61,444 bases of DNA from an uncultured Pseudomonadales bacterium (GCA_964455555.1 CAYVXV010000005.1:1-61444), one strand, 5' to 3'; shown: positions 7,459 through 16,511, numbered from the stretch's first letter. The notes: generated by a model not told the origin, from the sequence alone. Program-made: numbers and translations.

Positions 7459-8532
7459 CTATTCACCAAAAATTACTACGTACATGTTCTCTGCATGCCG
7501 AACACAGACATTACGAAAATCAGAGCTTAGCTGTGCTTCTTTGTGACCCTTCGTAGAAGAGTCAAAACACCACTCAATTAAAGCTGTACCTGTTTCCGCA
7601 ACAAATGAATCTCCGGTCTGCATATTTTTGCAATACTGAAAAGCCAAATTCTCACCAATCTTTCTGCCCTGATTATAATCAGCAATACCAACCGGAGGGT
7701 TTGCAGGATCTTCAAAATCTTTCTTAAATCCTTCATGGCCATCCAATCCACCATAAGCCACTAAATCCTGAGCTCTTTTTTCTGCGTAGCGGCAAAGGTG
7801 CTCATTAACCTGCAAAGGACGCCGTCCATGAGTAGCCCTGTATTCGTTTAAAGCAGTGATTACCTCGACATCAGGAATTTCTCTGATAGGATCGGGGGTC
7901 CTGCGGGCTGTAGCCTTGAGCTGCGCGCTTGTAACCTGGCTTGGTTTGCCCAACAGCTGGATGACAACACCCACTGGCCGGCCATTATCACCCTGAGTCA
8001 CGGTGGTAGCCATCCCAATATCGGTAAACTCATCATTTTCTATAGCAGTCAACTGCTGTTCGTCGGAGAGCCAAGCAGTCATAACTGCCTTGGCAGAAAG
8101 AGGCCCTACTAAGGCATTATGGCTAACCCATTCATAAGAGTAGCCCGAATTCTTCAAAGCTGTTTCCAAAGCATCTGATTCGAATTTTATCTCGGCATTG
8201 TAGCCATTCGTTGCCGCCACTTGAAGCAATTCCTCAGCCGCTGCATTAAGCTTGGGCTCAATAGACAACCTTGGGGCACCCTGATTTTGCCGATAATGAT
8301 TGATCTCTGCTGCCAAAGAAACAACATTTAGATCCGGCTCTTCATCAATAGAATTAAGGACTAAGTCATAAGAGACTGAATTCTCAGGCAAGACACCTAA
8401 GCGGGATAAAACCTGGAGCACAGGCTCAGGCAGTGCAATTTTTGCTTCAGTAAGAAAATAAGCACCTAAAGCCAGATTCAACCCTAGAAAAAAAGCGATG
8501 ATAGCAATCCGTTTCTGTGTTTTGCTTAACAT
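7459..8532 (-). CDS. Secreted protein with two CAP/SCP (PR-1, YkwD-like) domains
   Basis: N-terminal TM/signal segment. YRxxxGxxPL...AxxxA occurs twice (YRQNQGAPRL, YRATHGRRPL), with GENLA near the C-terminus. Confidence 0.6.
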   Translation of the reverse strand: MLSKTQKRIAIIAFFLGLNLALGAYFLTEAKIALPEPVLQVLSRLGVLPENSVSYDLVLNSIDEEPDLNVVSLAAEINHYRQNQGAPRLSIEPKLNAAAEELLQVAATNGYNAEIKFESDALETALKNSGYSYEWVSHNALVGPLSAKAVMTAWLSDEQQLTAIENDEFTDIGMATTVTQGDNGRPVGVVIQLLGKPSQVTSAQLKATARRTPDPIREIPDVEVITALNEYRATHGRRPLQVNEHLCRYAEKRAQDLVAYGGLDGHEGFKKDFEDPANPPVGIADYNQGRKIGENLAFQYCKNMQTGDSFVAETGTALIEWCFDSSTKGHKEAQLSSDFRNVCVRHAENMYVVIFGE

Positions 8533-8589
8533 AACCAGTGCAGCTATTATACGCTATTGAAAAAGTGGGCTTGGCCGGAAGTAACTCAT

Positions 8590-9117
8590 TTACTGGGCGG
8601 CAAAATTTGAGAAATCGACATCGCCGGACAACTCATCTTCTGGAATGTCCTCAGGCAGCTCATCATCTCTAAGCCTTGTTTCCAGCGGAGATTCTCCGGG
8701 CTTGAGCATACCGGCTGGCAGCTCTTGGTCTGCCGCATCCGTGCGACAAGTGTTCTCACACTCAAATTGCTCTTCATCAGGAAGGTCTAAACATGCCTCT
8801 ACACAGCTTTTGCAGCTGGTAAACTGTTCATTTTCTACTAAAGCGCACTGCCCCTGCTCTGTACTGCAGACTGCATACTGCCGACAAAAATCCCCCAGCT
8901 TGTATTCCAGTGTGCAAAATTCGGGAACATTAGTGCCGCAGACGATATCTAATCCGTTGCAGCTTTCAATTCCGCAGGCACCAGAACTAATGCCGCTATC
9001 ACTGCCAGTAGGTGTTCGATCTATATTTTGGTTGGTTTGCATTTGATAAAAGTAAGCCAAAGCCACTAAAAGAACTGCGGCTAACAGGCCAATGGGTAAC
9101 AGGAATTTCTTTTTCAT
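8590..9117 (-). CDS. Secreted cysteine-rich acidic protein
   Basis: Signal/TM segment, about 14 Cys in a 90-aa core, and an acidic tail. Confidence 0.5.
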   Translation of the reverse strand: MKKKFLLPIGLLAAVLLVALAYFYQMQTNQNIDRTPTGSDSGISSGACGIESCNGLDIVCGTNVPEFCTLEYKLGDFCRQYAVCSTEQGQCALVENEQFTSCKSCVEACLDLPDEEQFECENTCRTDAADQELPAGMLKPGESPLETRLRDDELPEDIPEDELSGDVDFSNFAAQ

Positions 9118-9159
9118 GGTTGCAGTCTATAATCATTTGGGTATATTATCAAAGGGCAT

Positions 9160-10152
9160 ATGCGCAGACTAACGAAACGGTTCAAAACCTCCATTAGGCT
9201 ATTTTTAATTGGCTTCGGTATGGGCTCAGCCGATATTGTTCCCGGTGTATCGGGAGGAACTATTGCTTTTATTTTCGGTGTCTATGAAGAGCTAATCTAC
9301 AGTATAAAAAAAGTCAGCGGCGAAGTGATCAGACTAATCCTGCAAGGAAAGTTTAAGCAGGCTGCAGAGGAAGTTCCTTTTTCCTTTTTAATCCCACTGG
9401 GGCTGGGTATACTTACAGCCATTGTTTCCTTGGCGCAGCTCTTATCCAACCTTCTTGATACTTCTCCTGTTTACGTATGGTCATTCTTTTTTGGTCTAGT
9501 TGTTGCTTCCATTCTCATAGTAAAGCGGCGGGTGGTTTCCTGGGACATACACGACTTTTTCTTGCTTGGCGCAGCTGCCGCACTGTCATTTTTTGTAGTC
9601 GGCGCCGTGCCGGTTCAAACACCAGACACTACCTTGGCATTTTTCCTAGCAGGAGCTATTGCAATTGTTGCCATGATCCTGCCTGGCATTTCCGGATCAT
9701 TTATTCTGGTGCTGCTCGGTAAGTATGAACAAGTACTTAATGCTGTTGTTAGCGTAGAGATTGCCACCCTGCTAACAGTGATGCTGGGTGCAGTCATAGG
9801 ACTAGGCGTCTTTTCCAGAATCTTAAGCTGGCTGTTTGCCAAACACCACGATATTAGTGTGGTTATCTTGACCGGGTTGATGATCGGCTCCCTAAGAAAA
9901 ATCTGGCCATGGAAAGAAGTGCTGAGCACTACTTTTGACAGACACGGAGTTGAAGTTCCCCTAGAGCAGGTCAATGTGTTGCCAGGCGCATTTGACAGCG
10001 GGTTTTTTATTGCCTTAGCCCTGGCCGTTACCGCTATGTTTATCATGATCTATCTGGATAAACTTAATGCCACAGACGAGACCGTGGAAGTCCTGGATGA
10101 TCCGGAATACGAAAAAACTCATAAGCAAGCGCTTAAGTCCCAAAAACATTAA
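9160..10152 (+). CDS. DUF368-family polytopic membrane protein (family linked to undecaprenyl-phosphate recycling)
   Basis: GSADIVPGVSGGTIAFIFGVYEEL, a second PGISGSF half-repeat, and multiple TM helices. Confidence 0.7.
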   Translation: MRRLTKRFKTSIRLFLIGFGMGSADIVPGVSGGTIAFIFGVYEELIYSIKKVSGEVIRLILQGKFKQAAEEVPFSFLIPLGLGILTAIVSLAQLLSNLLDTSPVYVWSFFFGLVVASILIVKRRVVSWDIHDFFLLGAAAALSFFVVGAVPVQTPDTTLAFFLAGAIAIVAMILPGISGSFILVLLGKYEQVLNAVVSVEIATLLTVMLGAVIGLGVFSRILSWLFAKHHDISVVILTGLMIGSLRKIWPWKEVLSTTFDRHGVEVPLEQVNVLPGAFDSGFFIALALAVTAMFIMIYLDKLNATDETVEVLDDPEYEKTHKQALKSQKH

Positions 10153-10172
10153 TCATCTTTTAGGCAACAAAA

Positions 10173-10212
10173 GAAAGGCGGCCGAGATAAGAAGTATCTT
10201 GGTCCGCCTTTC
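10173..10212. terminator. Bidirectional hairpin terminator between convergent genes
   Basis: GAAAGGCGG ... CCGCCTTTC inverted repeat between the 3-prime ends of 9160-10152 (+) and 10256-10516 (-). Confidence 0.55.
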
Positions 10213-10255
10213 GAAGTGCTATGTGCGCCTGCCCTGCGTGTTGTCTGTATATGTG

Positions 10256-10516
10256 TTATGTAACTTCAGCACTAGTGATCGCTCGGCCAATGCCGATGAG
10301 GAGGATAGCTCCTATTGTTGCAACTAGGATACTGACAAGGTTAATACCTGTCACTCCGGGTCCTCCGAACAGACTCATGAGGAATCCGCCAACTAAGGCC
10401 CCGACAATACCCAGAGCAATATCCATGAGCACGCCTTGCTGAGCGTTAGTGCCCATTATGACGGAAGCCAACCATCCTGCAATCAAGCCTACAATAAGCC
10501 AAGATAAGATTGCCAC
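10256..10516 (-). CDS. GlsB/YeaQ/YmgE-family small stress membrane protein
   Basis: 86 aa with ILSWLIVGLIAGWLA and Gly-rich TM helices, typical of the transglycosylase-associated protein family. Confidence 0.7.
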   Translation of the reverse strand: MAILSWLIVGLIAGWLASVIMGTNAQQGVLMDIALGIVGALVGGFLMSLFGGPGVTGINLVSILVATIGAILLIGIGRAITSAEVT

Positions 10517-10640
10517 AGCTTCCTTTACTCCTTTCTCGTCTTAATTTGTACTGTGGATAGATTAACAACGGTCAATCAAAAATGAATTGGGGAAGGGTAA
10601 GGATTATGTAAGCAGCAACTTTTCTCGAGGAAACTGGGGT

Positions 10641-11153
10641 TTAGCGGCGCATGAGCGTTTCTTTTTCTGTGTCGTAGCATTCGGGGATCATAGAGGCTGG
10701 GAAATTATTGCCGTCAGCTACTGCACAGGTCGGCGCACCGTTGCCATCAAAAACAATAATCATTTCCTCATTTTGCTTAACTGCGTAAAAGAGGCCACCG
10801 CCCGGGCTGTCCGAGAACCCTATCGATCCGGCAAAATGCGGACCAGATTGCTGCATAATCCTAGCTGTAATAGTGGAAGGATCCCAATTGTTTTTCTTGG
10901 CCAATGCTTGGACGATTAATTGCTCATTGACTGCCTGCGACTCCGCTGCGCTGGTTGGGGAAGCCTCCGGAAAAACAGGATTGCCGTTGCTGTCAAACAG
11001 CTCACCCAAACCGGTAGTTCCATCCTGCTGATCAATTGTTTGACTCTGATCAGGCTGGGGTACCTCAGGAACCTCAGTATGCGTACAGGCTGCCACTAGT
11101 ATAGAAGCGGCTAGGACGAAGAATGTTGCTTTGAAAATTTTAGGCAGATTCAT
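10641..11153 (-). CDS. Secreted lipoprotein, unknown function
   Basis: Signal peptide with a LVAAC lipobox. Confidence 0.5.
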   Translation of the reverse strand: MNLPKIFKATFFVLAASILVAACTHTEVPEVPQPDQSQTIDQQDGTTGLGELFDSNGNPVFPEASPTSAAESQAVNEQLIVQALAKKNNWDPSTITARIMQQSGPHFAGSIGFSDSPGGGLFYAVKQNEEMIIVFDGNGAPTCAVADGNNFPASMIPECYDTEKETLMRR

Positions 11154-11177
11154 AATTTTATTGTACTACAACGATTA

Positions 11178-11861
11178 CTAGAAATTTATTTGACGCTCCC
11201 CATATTTGTCAAACTCATCAATTATAGATTGGCGGATTTTTGGACTGATTTTGGTTAGGCCGTCGATAATAGGCAGCAGATCTATAGCATTGCTCATGGC
11301 CAGATAACGGACGCCAGTCTTGTTGAGGACATCGGCTACATTTAGCCTCTCTTCCGTAACCGCGTTGCGGCTAGTGAGAGCGATGGCTGCCACCACATCT
11401 ATTTTGAGCTCTTGGAGAGTTTTAATGGTTTTAAGCAAGGAACCGCTGGTGGTTGTGACATCCTCAAGCACCACTACTTTGCCTGTAGGTGCTCCTATAA
11501 AGAACCTATCCTGGGGATCGCCGTATTCTTTTGGAGATTTGCGGCCCATGGGTAGGAGGTAGGTTTTCTTGCCATAATCTGGTTGTTGTTTAGCCCACTT
11601 GTATTGAGCTATCACCGCTAGTTTTGTAGCGCCGTCCGGAGTACCATAAAAACAGTCAAAGTTTACCTGATGATGTTGGCAGAAAGCCAGTAAATAATCC
11701 GTCAGCTGGTCAAGCTGGTGAACATCCGATGCAGGTCGGCGCCAATTGACATACCAAGACGAAATTCTGCCTGATGACAATTTAATCGGTTCGTCAAAAA
11801 AACCGACAACCTGGTTGTCGATTACAAATTTGTTGAAACTATCTTGGGTGAATTTTTTCAT
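11178..11861 (-). CDS. Phosphoribosyltransferase (orotate-PRT-like)
   Basis: PRPP-binding loop VVVLEDVTTTSGSL and type I PRTase length. Confidence 0.6.
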   Translation of the reverse strand: MKKFTQDSFNKFVIDNQVVGFFDEPIKLSSGRISSWYVNWRRPASDVHQLDQLTDYLLAFCQHHQVNFDCFYGTPDGATKLAVIAQYKWAKQQPDYGKKTYLLPMGRKSPKEYGDPQDRFFIGAPTGKVVVLEDVTTTSGSLLKTIKTLQELKIDVVAAIALTSRNAVTEERLNVADVLNKTGVRYLAMSNAIDLLPIIDGLTKISPKIRQSIIDEFDKYGERQINF

Positions 11862-11934
11862 AAGGTCTCAAATCATTGCTTATTGCCCAAAAAAACTTCC
11901 CATTAAAAAGCTCCAATTCGACTTTTGTTATGAA

Positions 11935-12222
11935 TTAAATAGTGAATACGTCAGCTTCTCTTACTCTGCTGCTCGTGACCCATCTATCTTCCGGATTGCG
12001 GTCGACTGTGAAGCAACCATGTTCTGTTTTATATACAGGAATCGCCCTTTGCTCAGATCTATCCAGGTAAAAACCTATTAAGCTGGCTTCGATATGGGGT
12101 GGAAATGCACTACTTTGGTACCAATCATCAGAATCAACAATTTCTTTAGCAGCGAAAATTATCTGCTGCTCTCTTTCAGAAAGCTCATTTACGGTTGGTT
12201 TTAGGAGTTGTTCTTGGTGCAT
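11935..12222 (-). CDS. Hypothetical 95-aa protein
   Basis: ORF only. Confidence 0.35.
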   Translation of the reverse strand: MHQEQLLKPTVNELSEREQQIIFAAKEIVDSDDWYQSSAFPPHIEASLIGFYLDRSEQRAIPVYKTEHGCFTVDRNPEDRWVTSSRVREADVFTI

Positions 12223-12279
12223 ATTATTATAATATCACAATAATGCTGACTTCAGATTGCGGAAGGAGTGGTAATGGAG

Positions 12280-12843
12280 CTACCAATCACCTTTCCCTAT
12301 GTATAGAAGCTCCTGATCATCTAGAATCTCATTTAAGAGATTTTTATTCTTAACTGGTGCAACCATCACATCTTTGGCTTTCACTATATGTTGTTCACCA
12401 TTCACATCCAAAAATGCATACCCTTTATTGGCAGGATAAAACCCTATACGACCGTAAAGTTTTTCACCTTTGGGTATGTACGTTTGTAAAAGAGCAAAGT
12501 CTACACTTTCGTTTTCTAAAACTTCCATTGCCTTTTTGAGCAGTTGAGTGGCTATTCCTTTTCCCCGATATTTTTGATCTGTGGCAACACTCCCGATACC
12601 ACCAAGTAGGATGGTCTTATCTTTCCAAATTACTGGACGAATAAAGACTCTCAAATAAGAAATAAGCTCTTTGTCATTTTTGTGAACTATATGAGCGAAT
12701 GGCTGAGAAAAGTAAAGTAACTTTCGATGTTTTTTCAGATTTTTTTCAAAACACTTTTCTTCAAAGGCAAAAAGATCAGCGCGTTGTTGTTCATTTAATT
12801 GATTATCAGGTACTACGGTGATATTTGAAGTCATATGAATCAA
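12280..12843 (-). CDS. GNAT-family N-acetyltransferase
   Basis: Acetyl-CoA binding motif QKYRGKGIATQLL. AT-rich. Confidence 0.7.
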   Translation of the reverse strand: MIHMTSNITVVPDNQLNEQQRADLFAFEEKCFEKNLKKHRKLLYFSQPFAHIVHKNDKELISYLRVFIRPVIWKDKTILLGGIGSVATDQKYRGKGIATQLLKKAMEVLENESVDFALLQTYIPKGEKLYGRIGFYPANKGYAFLDVNGEQHIVKAKDVMVAPVKNKNLLNEILDDQELLYIGKGDW

Positions 12844-12909
12844 TTATAGCTACTTACTTTGATAGTTCCACGGCTGTAGAAATGAAAAATGTTGAAATCA
12901 AGGAAATTT

Positions 12910-12993
12910 AGCAAGCCCCATCAATCCATTCAGTGGTAATGGACGGGTCTATCAGAACTTTTCGATTGTTGCGGAGGTGGTGGGATTCGAACC
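12910..12993 (-). repeat. Truncated tRNA-Ser 3-prime end (T-loop to discriminator) plus about 60-nt downstream flank; putative att-type repeat
   Basis: The minus strand reads GGTTCGAATCCCACCACCTCCGCAACAATCGAAAAGTTCTGATAGACCCGTC...TTGATGGGGCTTGCT. This is colinear with the 3-prime end and flank of the intact tRNA-Ser at 16355-16437. There is no 5-prime half, so it is not a functional tRNA. Confidence 0.75.
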
Positions 12994-13077
12994 GCGCAAC
13001 ATTTACCTCAAGTATTTATAGGTCTAAGAGCCATTCTAGCTCATTTTTAGACCTTGCGAAGCATCAAAAGTGAGTCA

Positions 13078-13086
13078 TGATATAAT
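13078..13086 (+). promoter_or_regulatory. Extended -10 promoter (TGaTATAAT)
   Basis: Same TGnTATAAT architecture as at 407-415. An ATG lies 7 nt downstream. Confidence 0.4.
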
Positions 13087-13092
13087 CATTAC

Positions 13093-13218
13093 AATGCAAA
13101 TAAATAACATGCACCACTATGCTTGGTATTACACCCCAACCGGGAGGTGTGTGTTTTTAGTGCAGTAATAAAATAAAAAGCATGAATAAGTCACAACCTC
13201 CCACCTGGGAGGTTTTTT
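13093..13218 (+). ncRNA. Candidate sRNA or pair of mini-ORFs (24 and 12 codons) ending in a strong terminator
   Basis: Two hairpins share CC-ACC-N-GGGAGGU: ACACC..GGUGU at about 13130-13152, and AACCUCCC-ACCU-GGGAGGUU + U6 at 13195-13218. Mini-ORFs are MQINNMHHYAWYYTPTGRCVFLVQ (13094-13168) and MNKSQPPTWEVF (13182-13220). Confidence 0.3.
13195..13218 (+). terminator. Rho-independent terminator
   Basis: Perfect 8-bp stem AACCTCCC/GGGAGGTT with a 4-nt loop, followed by a T-run. Confidence 0.75.
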
Positions 13219-13355
13219 AGTATTTATTCATAGAAAGGGCATCATGCCAGAACAATTACAAAACATTTTATGGATGGGTGAAGAAATGGATTTTAATCTT
13301 CGACCTGAGGATAAAGCACAAGCAAGAACTTCAATCCAAGAGTTCTTGAATTTAG

Positions 13356-14237
13356 TTGCTAACCCAGCGTTATCCCACTGGCTTTATCGAGCCAACAAAT
13401 AATATTCCCAAACTAGAAAAAGAAATTGTATCTTTAAATAACCAACCTACTTTAGTCATTGATTTGACGAGAGGTAAACTTGCGTCATCTTTAACTTCAA
13501 TTGCTCATATTCCCCAATGGAATTCATTTTCAATTGGCAGAGTACGAGAAGCGACAAAAGTTGATTTGCCAACAAGTGGACATATTTTAAGCCATAATAC
13601 TGAAGAAATTAGAGATCAACTCATTGATCTCGATACTTCTCGCATACTGGTATTGGATGATACATCCTTCTCAGGAACAACTTCATTGCTGGTTGAAAGT
13701 TTACTAAAACAAGCATTCCCAGATAGAATAATCCAATTTACTCACGGATTCTTAATCGTGAATACTGGCAAACTAGGTAATCAAGATGGAGCTTTTAGCC
13801 AAATTAATAGAGGTGGTTCTCATGTTATCAGTGGTTTTAAAATGGAAACTCCCAGGGATGATGGATGGCATTTCTTTGACATTGTTGATCAAGATCACAT
13901 AGAAAATCATTTATTAGTTGTTAAAGAAATCTTAGGATTACTCCAACTTCCTAATTTTGAACATCTGATTGCTTCGTTTTTAAGTAACGAAAATGTATTA
14001 CAAGCAATGTTTCCACAACTAATGCCAGCAGATGATTTGCTTGACCAGCAAAAGTCAGGACATTTCCTCGCTCGGACAAATATTAATGGTGGATTCCATG
14101 TAAGAAATCCACAATTACTACCCAATATTATTGGTCAGAATCATTTATTGACACCTTCAAAATGGAAAGCCAGTTCTAATCAAGTGTTTGCACTACTCGT
14201 ACAAATTAATAAATTTTTGCGGAAAGGAAATGTATGA
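13356..14237 (+). CDS. Phosphoribosyltransferase-like protein with a long C-terminal extension; 5-prime end unclear (possible frameshift with ORF 13244-13402)
   Basis: PRPP-loop ILVLDDTSFSGTTS. The only in-frame start is the TTG at 13356, with no SD. The upstream ATG ORF (13244) has an SD-like GAAAGGG and overlaps it in the 0/+1 frames. Confidence 0.55.
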   Translation: MLTQRYPTGFIEPTNNIPKLEKEIVSLNNQPTLVIDLTRGKLASSLTSIAHIPQWNSFSIGRVREATKVDLPTSGHILSHNTEEIRDQLIDLDTSRILVLDDTSFSGTTSLLVESLLKQAFPDRIIQFTHGFLIVNTGKLGNQDGAFSQINRGGSHVISGFKMETPRDDGWHFFDIVDQDHIENHLLVVKEILGLLQLPNFEHLIASFLSNENVLQAMFPQLMPADDLLDQQKSGHFLARTNINGGFHVRNPQLLPNIIGQNHLLTPSKWKASSNQVFALLVQINKFLRKGNV

Positions 14238-14905
14238 AAAAAATTGAAGCCATAATTTTTGATATGGACGGTACTCTGTACTCTTTTGATGAAGGAAATG
14301 AAAGCCAGTTCACATCTTCTAGATTTGGGAAGGAAATTCGAGTAAATTGCATTCTATTCTTCAAAGAACGGTTTAATCTTTCTCTAAAGGATGCTGAAAG
14401 CATGTATCAAGATTTAAGTAGAAGATATAATGGCGAAGTCAGTCTTGCAGTTGAAAAGGAGTTTGGCATAGATCGCAGTGAATACTTTGCTTTTACTTGG
14501 AATCTAGAAGCTGAGGAATTTATTGCTACAAATGAATCACTCTTGCCTACATTCCAAGAATTAACCATTCCCTCTGGAGTGTTAACAGCTGCACCCAGAG
14601 TTTGGGCAGAAAGGGCTCTTGCCTTTTTACAAATCCGTCAACTTTTTGGTGATGCATTGTTTACGGGAGATCCAGATATTCGCAAACCTGATCCAGAGGC
14701 ATTTCTACAATTAGCTCAGTTTTGGAACTTAGAACCAAGTCGAATCTTGTCTATCGGAGATCAAGAACAAACAGATATTTTACCTGCCAAATCACTGGGA
14801 ATGCAAACACTGCGAATTGCTACACAAGCCGAAACTAAGGCTGACTTTATGGCACCAGATATTATTAAAGCCATAGCTTTATTAAAAGAGAAAGGAATTA
14901 TATGA
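14234..14905 (+). CDS. HAD-superfamily phosphatase (nucleotidase-like)
   Basis: Motif I IIFDMDGTLY and motif IV GDQEQTD. Its ATG overlaps the stop of the upstream gene (ATGA). Confidence 0.7.
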   Translation: MKKIEAIIFDMDGTLYSFDEGNESQFTSSRFGKEIRVNCILFFKERFNLSLKDAESMYQDLSRRYNGEVSLAVEKEFGIDRSEYFAFTWNLEAEEFIATNESLLPTFQELTIPSGVLTAAPRVWAERALAFLQIRQLFGDALFTGDPDIRKPDPEAFLQLAQFWNLEPSRILSIGDQEQTDILPAKSLGMQTLRIATQAETKADFMAPDIIKAIALLKEKGII

Positions 14906-15834
14906 ACAATAAACCAAAACTTATCATCGACACTGATCCAGGACACGATGATGCTCTTGCAATATTAATGACACTCTTGTCAGATCAATTTGACGTATTA
15001 GCAATCACCACAGTGGCTGGTAATGCGACAATTAAAAAAGTAACAAGAAATGCACAGGCGATTCTTGATTTGATTGGCTCTCATGCTCCAGTTTTTTCTG
15101 GTATAGACAAGCCTTTGAAGCGAAAACTTGTTACTGCCGTAGTGCATGGTGAATCTGGGTTGGCGGGGTTTGATACTACTAACACTGACTACAAAGTAAC
15201 AAAAAATGCACCTGAGAAAATAGTTGAGTTAGTTAAAGCCAATCCAGGAGAAGTGACAATTTTAGCACTTGGACCACTGAGTAATATAGCTCGGGCCATA
15301 CAACTAGATTCACAGTTTTCAAGCAAAGTAAAACAACTTGTAATCATGGGTGGTGCGATAGACGTTCCTGGCAATAAAAATAGAGTGGCTGAGTTTAACT
15401 TCTTTGTAGATCCTGAGGCAGCTAACCTTGTCTTTAAATCCAAAATTCCAAAAGTTTTGGTACCTCTTGATGCCTGCAATGAAATAGTGCTTCAGGTTGA
15501 GGATTTTCAAAAGGTGGAAAACGATAATCTCAAATCAATTCTGATTCCCATGATGGAACACTTTATTGCTGGACTCACTTCTGACGAAGGCACGACAGGA
15601 ATTCTCGTTTACGATGCTCTTGCCGCTTACTACCTTCTTAATCCAAATGCGTTCACTCTGAAATCGATGAATGTGGTGATTGAAACTCAAGGACAACATA
15701 CCTTTGGCATGAGTGTGGCAGAAAAGCGGCCACATAAAGTTGAAAATACAAATGTTGAAGTTGTGGTAGGAATTGACGACCAGCAATTTCGTCGAGACTT
15801 TTTTAAAACATTAAGTACTGGGGAGCAAAAATGA
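14902..15834 (+). CDS. Nucleoside hydrolase (inosine-uridine preferring, IUNH family)
   Basis: N-terminal fingerprint LIIDTDPGHDDALAI and typical length. Start overlaps the upstream stop (ATGA). Confidence 0.85.
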   Translation: MNNKPKLIIDTDPGHDDALAILMTLLSDQFDVLAITTVAGNATIKKVTRNAQAILDLIGSHAPVFSGIDKPLKRKLVTAVVHGESGLAGFDTTNTDYKVTKNAPEKIVELVKANPGEVTILALGPLSNIARAIQLDSQFSSKVKQLVIMGGAIDVPGNKNRVAEFNFFVDPEAANLVFKSKIPKVLVPLDACNEIVLQVEDFQKVENDNLKSILIPMMEHFIAGLTSDEGTTGILVYDALAAYYLLNPNAFTLKSMNVVIETQGQHTFGMSVAEKRPHKVENTNVEVVVGIDDQQFRRDFFKTLSTGEQK

Positions 15835-16232
15835 AAGTTCTGTTTGTGTGCCAAGCCAATGTGGGAAGAAGTCAAATGGCTGAAGCGTTTTATAACTTTC
15901 ATACACAGAGTAATGATGCTATCAGTGCTGGAGTAGAAGATTTTCGAGAAAAGTATCAACACAAGCCAACTCGAGAAATAATTGAAGCCATGCTAGAAAA
16001 AGGAATTGACATTTCTCATCAACGAATTGATTTTTTAACACCAGGGATGCTCACAAACGCTGACCAGGTAGTTGTGCTTTGCTCAAAAGACTTGTGTCCT
16101 GAATTCTTACTTGAAAACGGAAAAGTTGTTTTTAGAGAAATTGAGGATCCACATCAACAAGATTTGAAAACTATTCAGCGAATTAGAGATCAGATTGGAG
16201 GGTTAGTTCTTGAGTTGGTAAAAAATATCTGA
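15831..16232 (+). CDS. Low-molecular-weight phosphatase / ArsC-type reductase family protein
   Basis: P-loop VLFVCQANVGRSQMAEA (CX5R-S) plus a second Cys pair LCSKDLCP. Start overlaps the upstream stop (ATGA). Confidence 0.7.
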   Translation: MKVLFVCQANVGRSQMAEAFYNFHTQSNDAISAGVEDFREKYQHKPTREIIEAMLEKGIDISHQRIDFLTPGMLTNADQVVVLCSKDLCPEFLLENGKVVFREIEDPHQQDLKTIQRIRDQIGGLVLELVKNI

Positions 16233-16354
16233 AATATCGATAAATAACTTACTAAGCTGTAAAGCTGAAATATGTTTAAAACGAGGTTTTTAAGCAAGAT
16301 CCATCAACCCATTCGAGAGTATTAGACGGGTCTATCAGAACTTTTCAACTGTTG

Positions 16355-16437
16355 CGGAAGGAGTGGGATTCGAACCCACGAAGCCGTGAGGCTCTGGTTT
16401 TCAAGACCAGTGCAATTGACCGCTCTGCCATCCTTCC
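16355..16437 (-). tRNA. tRNA-Ser (anticodon UGA)
   Basis: Minus strand reads GGAAGGA...TCCTTCC-G. Anticodon loop CTTGAAA, long variable arm, T-loop TTCGAAT. Confidence 0.9.
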
Positions 16438-16511
16438 TAACCTGAGTTTGTATTGTATCATCTACAACTATGTTTTTCAGGTTTGCATGAGCTAATTTTC
16501 CCCATGGTCAA

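Noticed and set aside
12962-12993. Calling the tRNA-like sequence at 12962-12993 a tRNA gene
   Set aside because: Only the T-loop and 3-prime acceptor strand are present. The upstream sequence cannot form T-stem, anticodon or D arms. I treated it as an att-type remnant.
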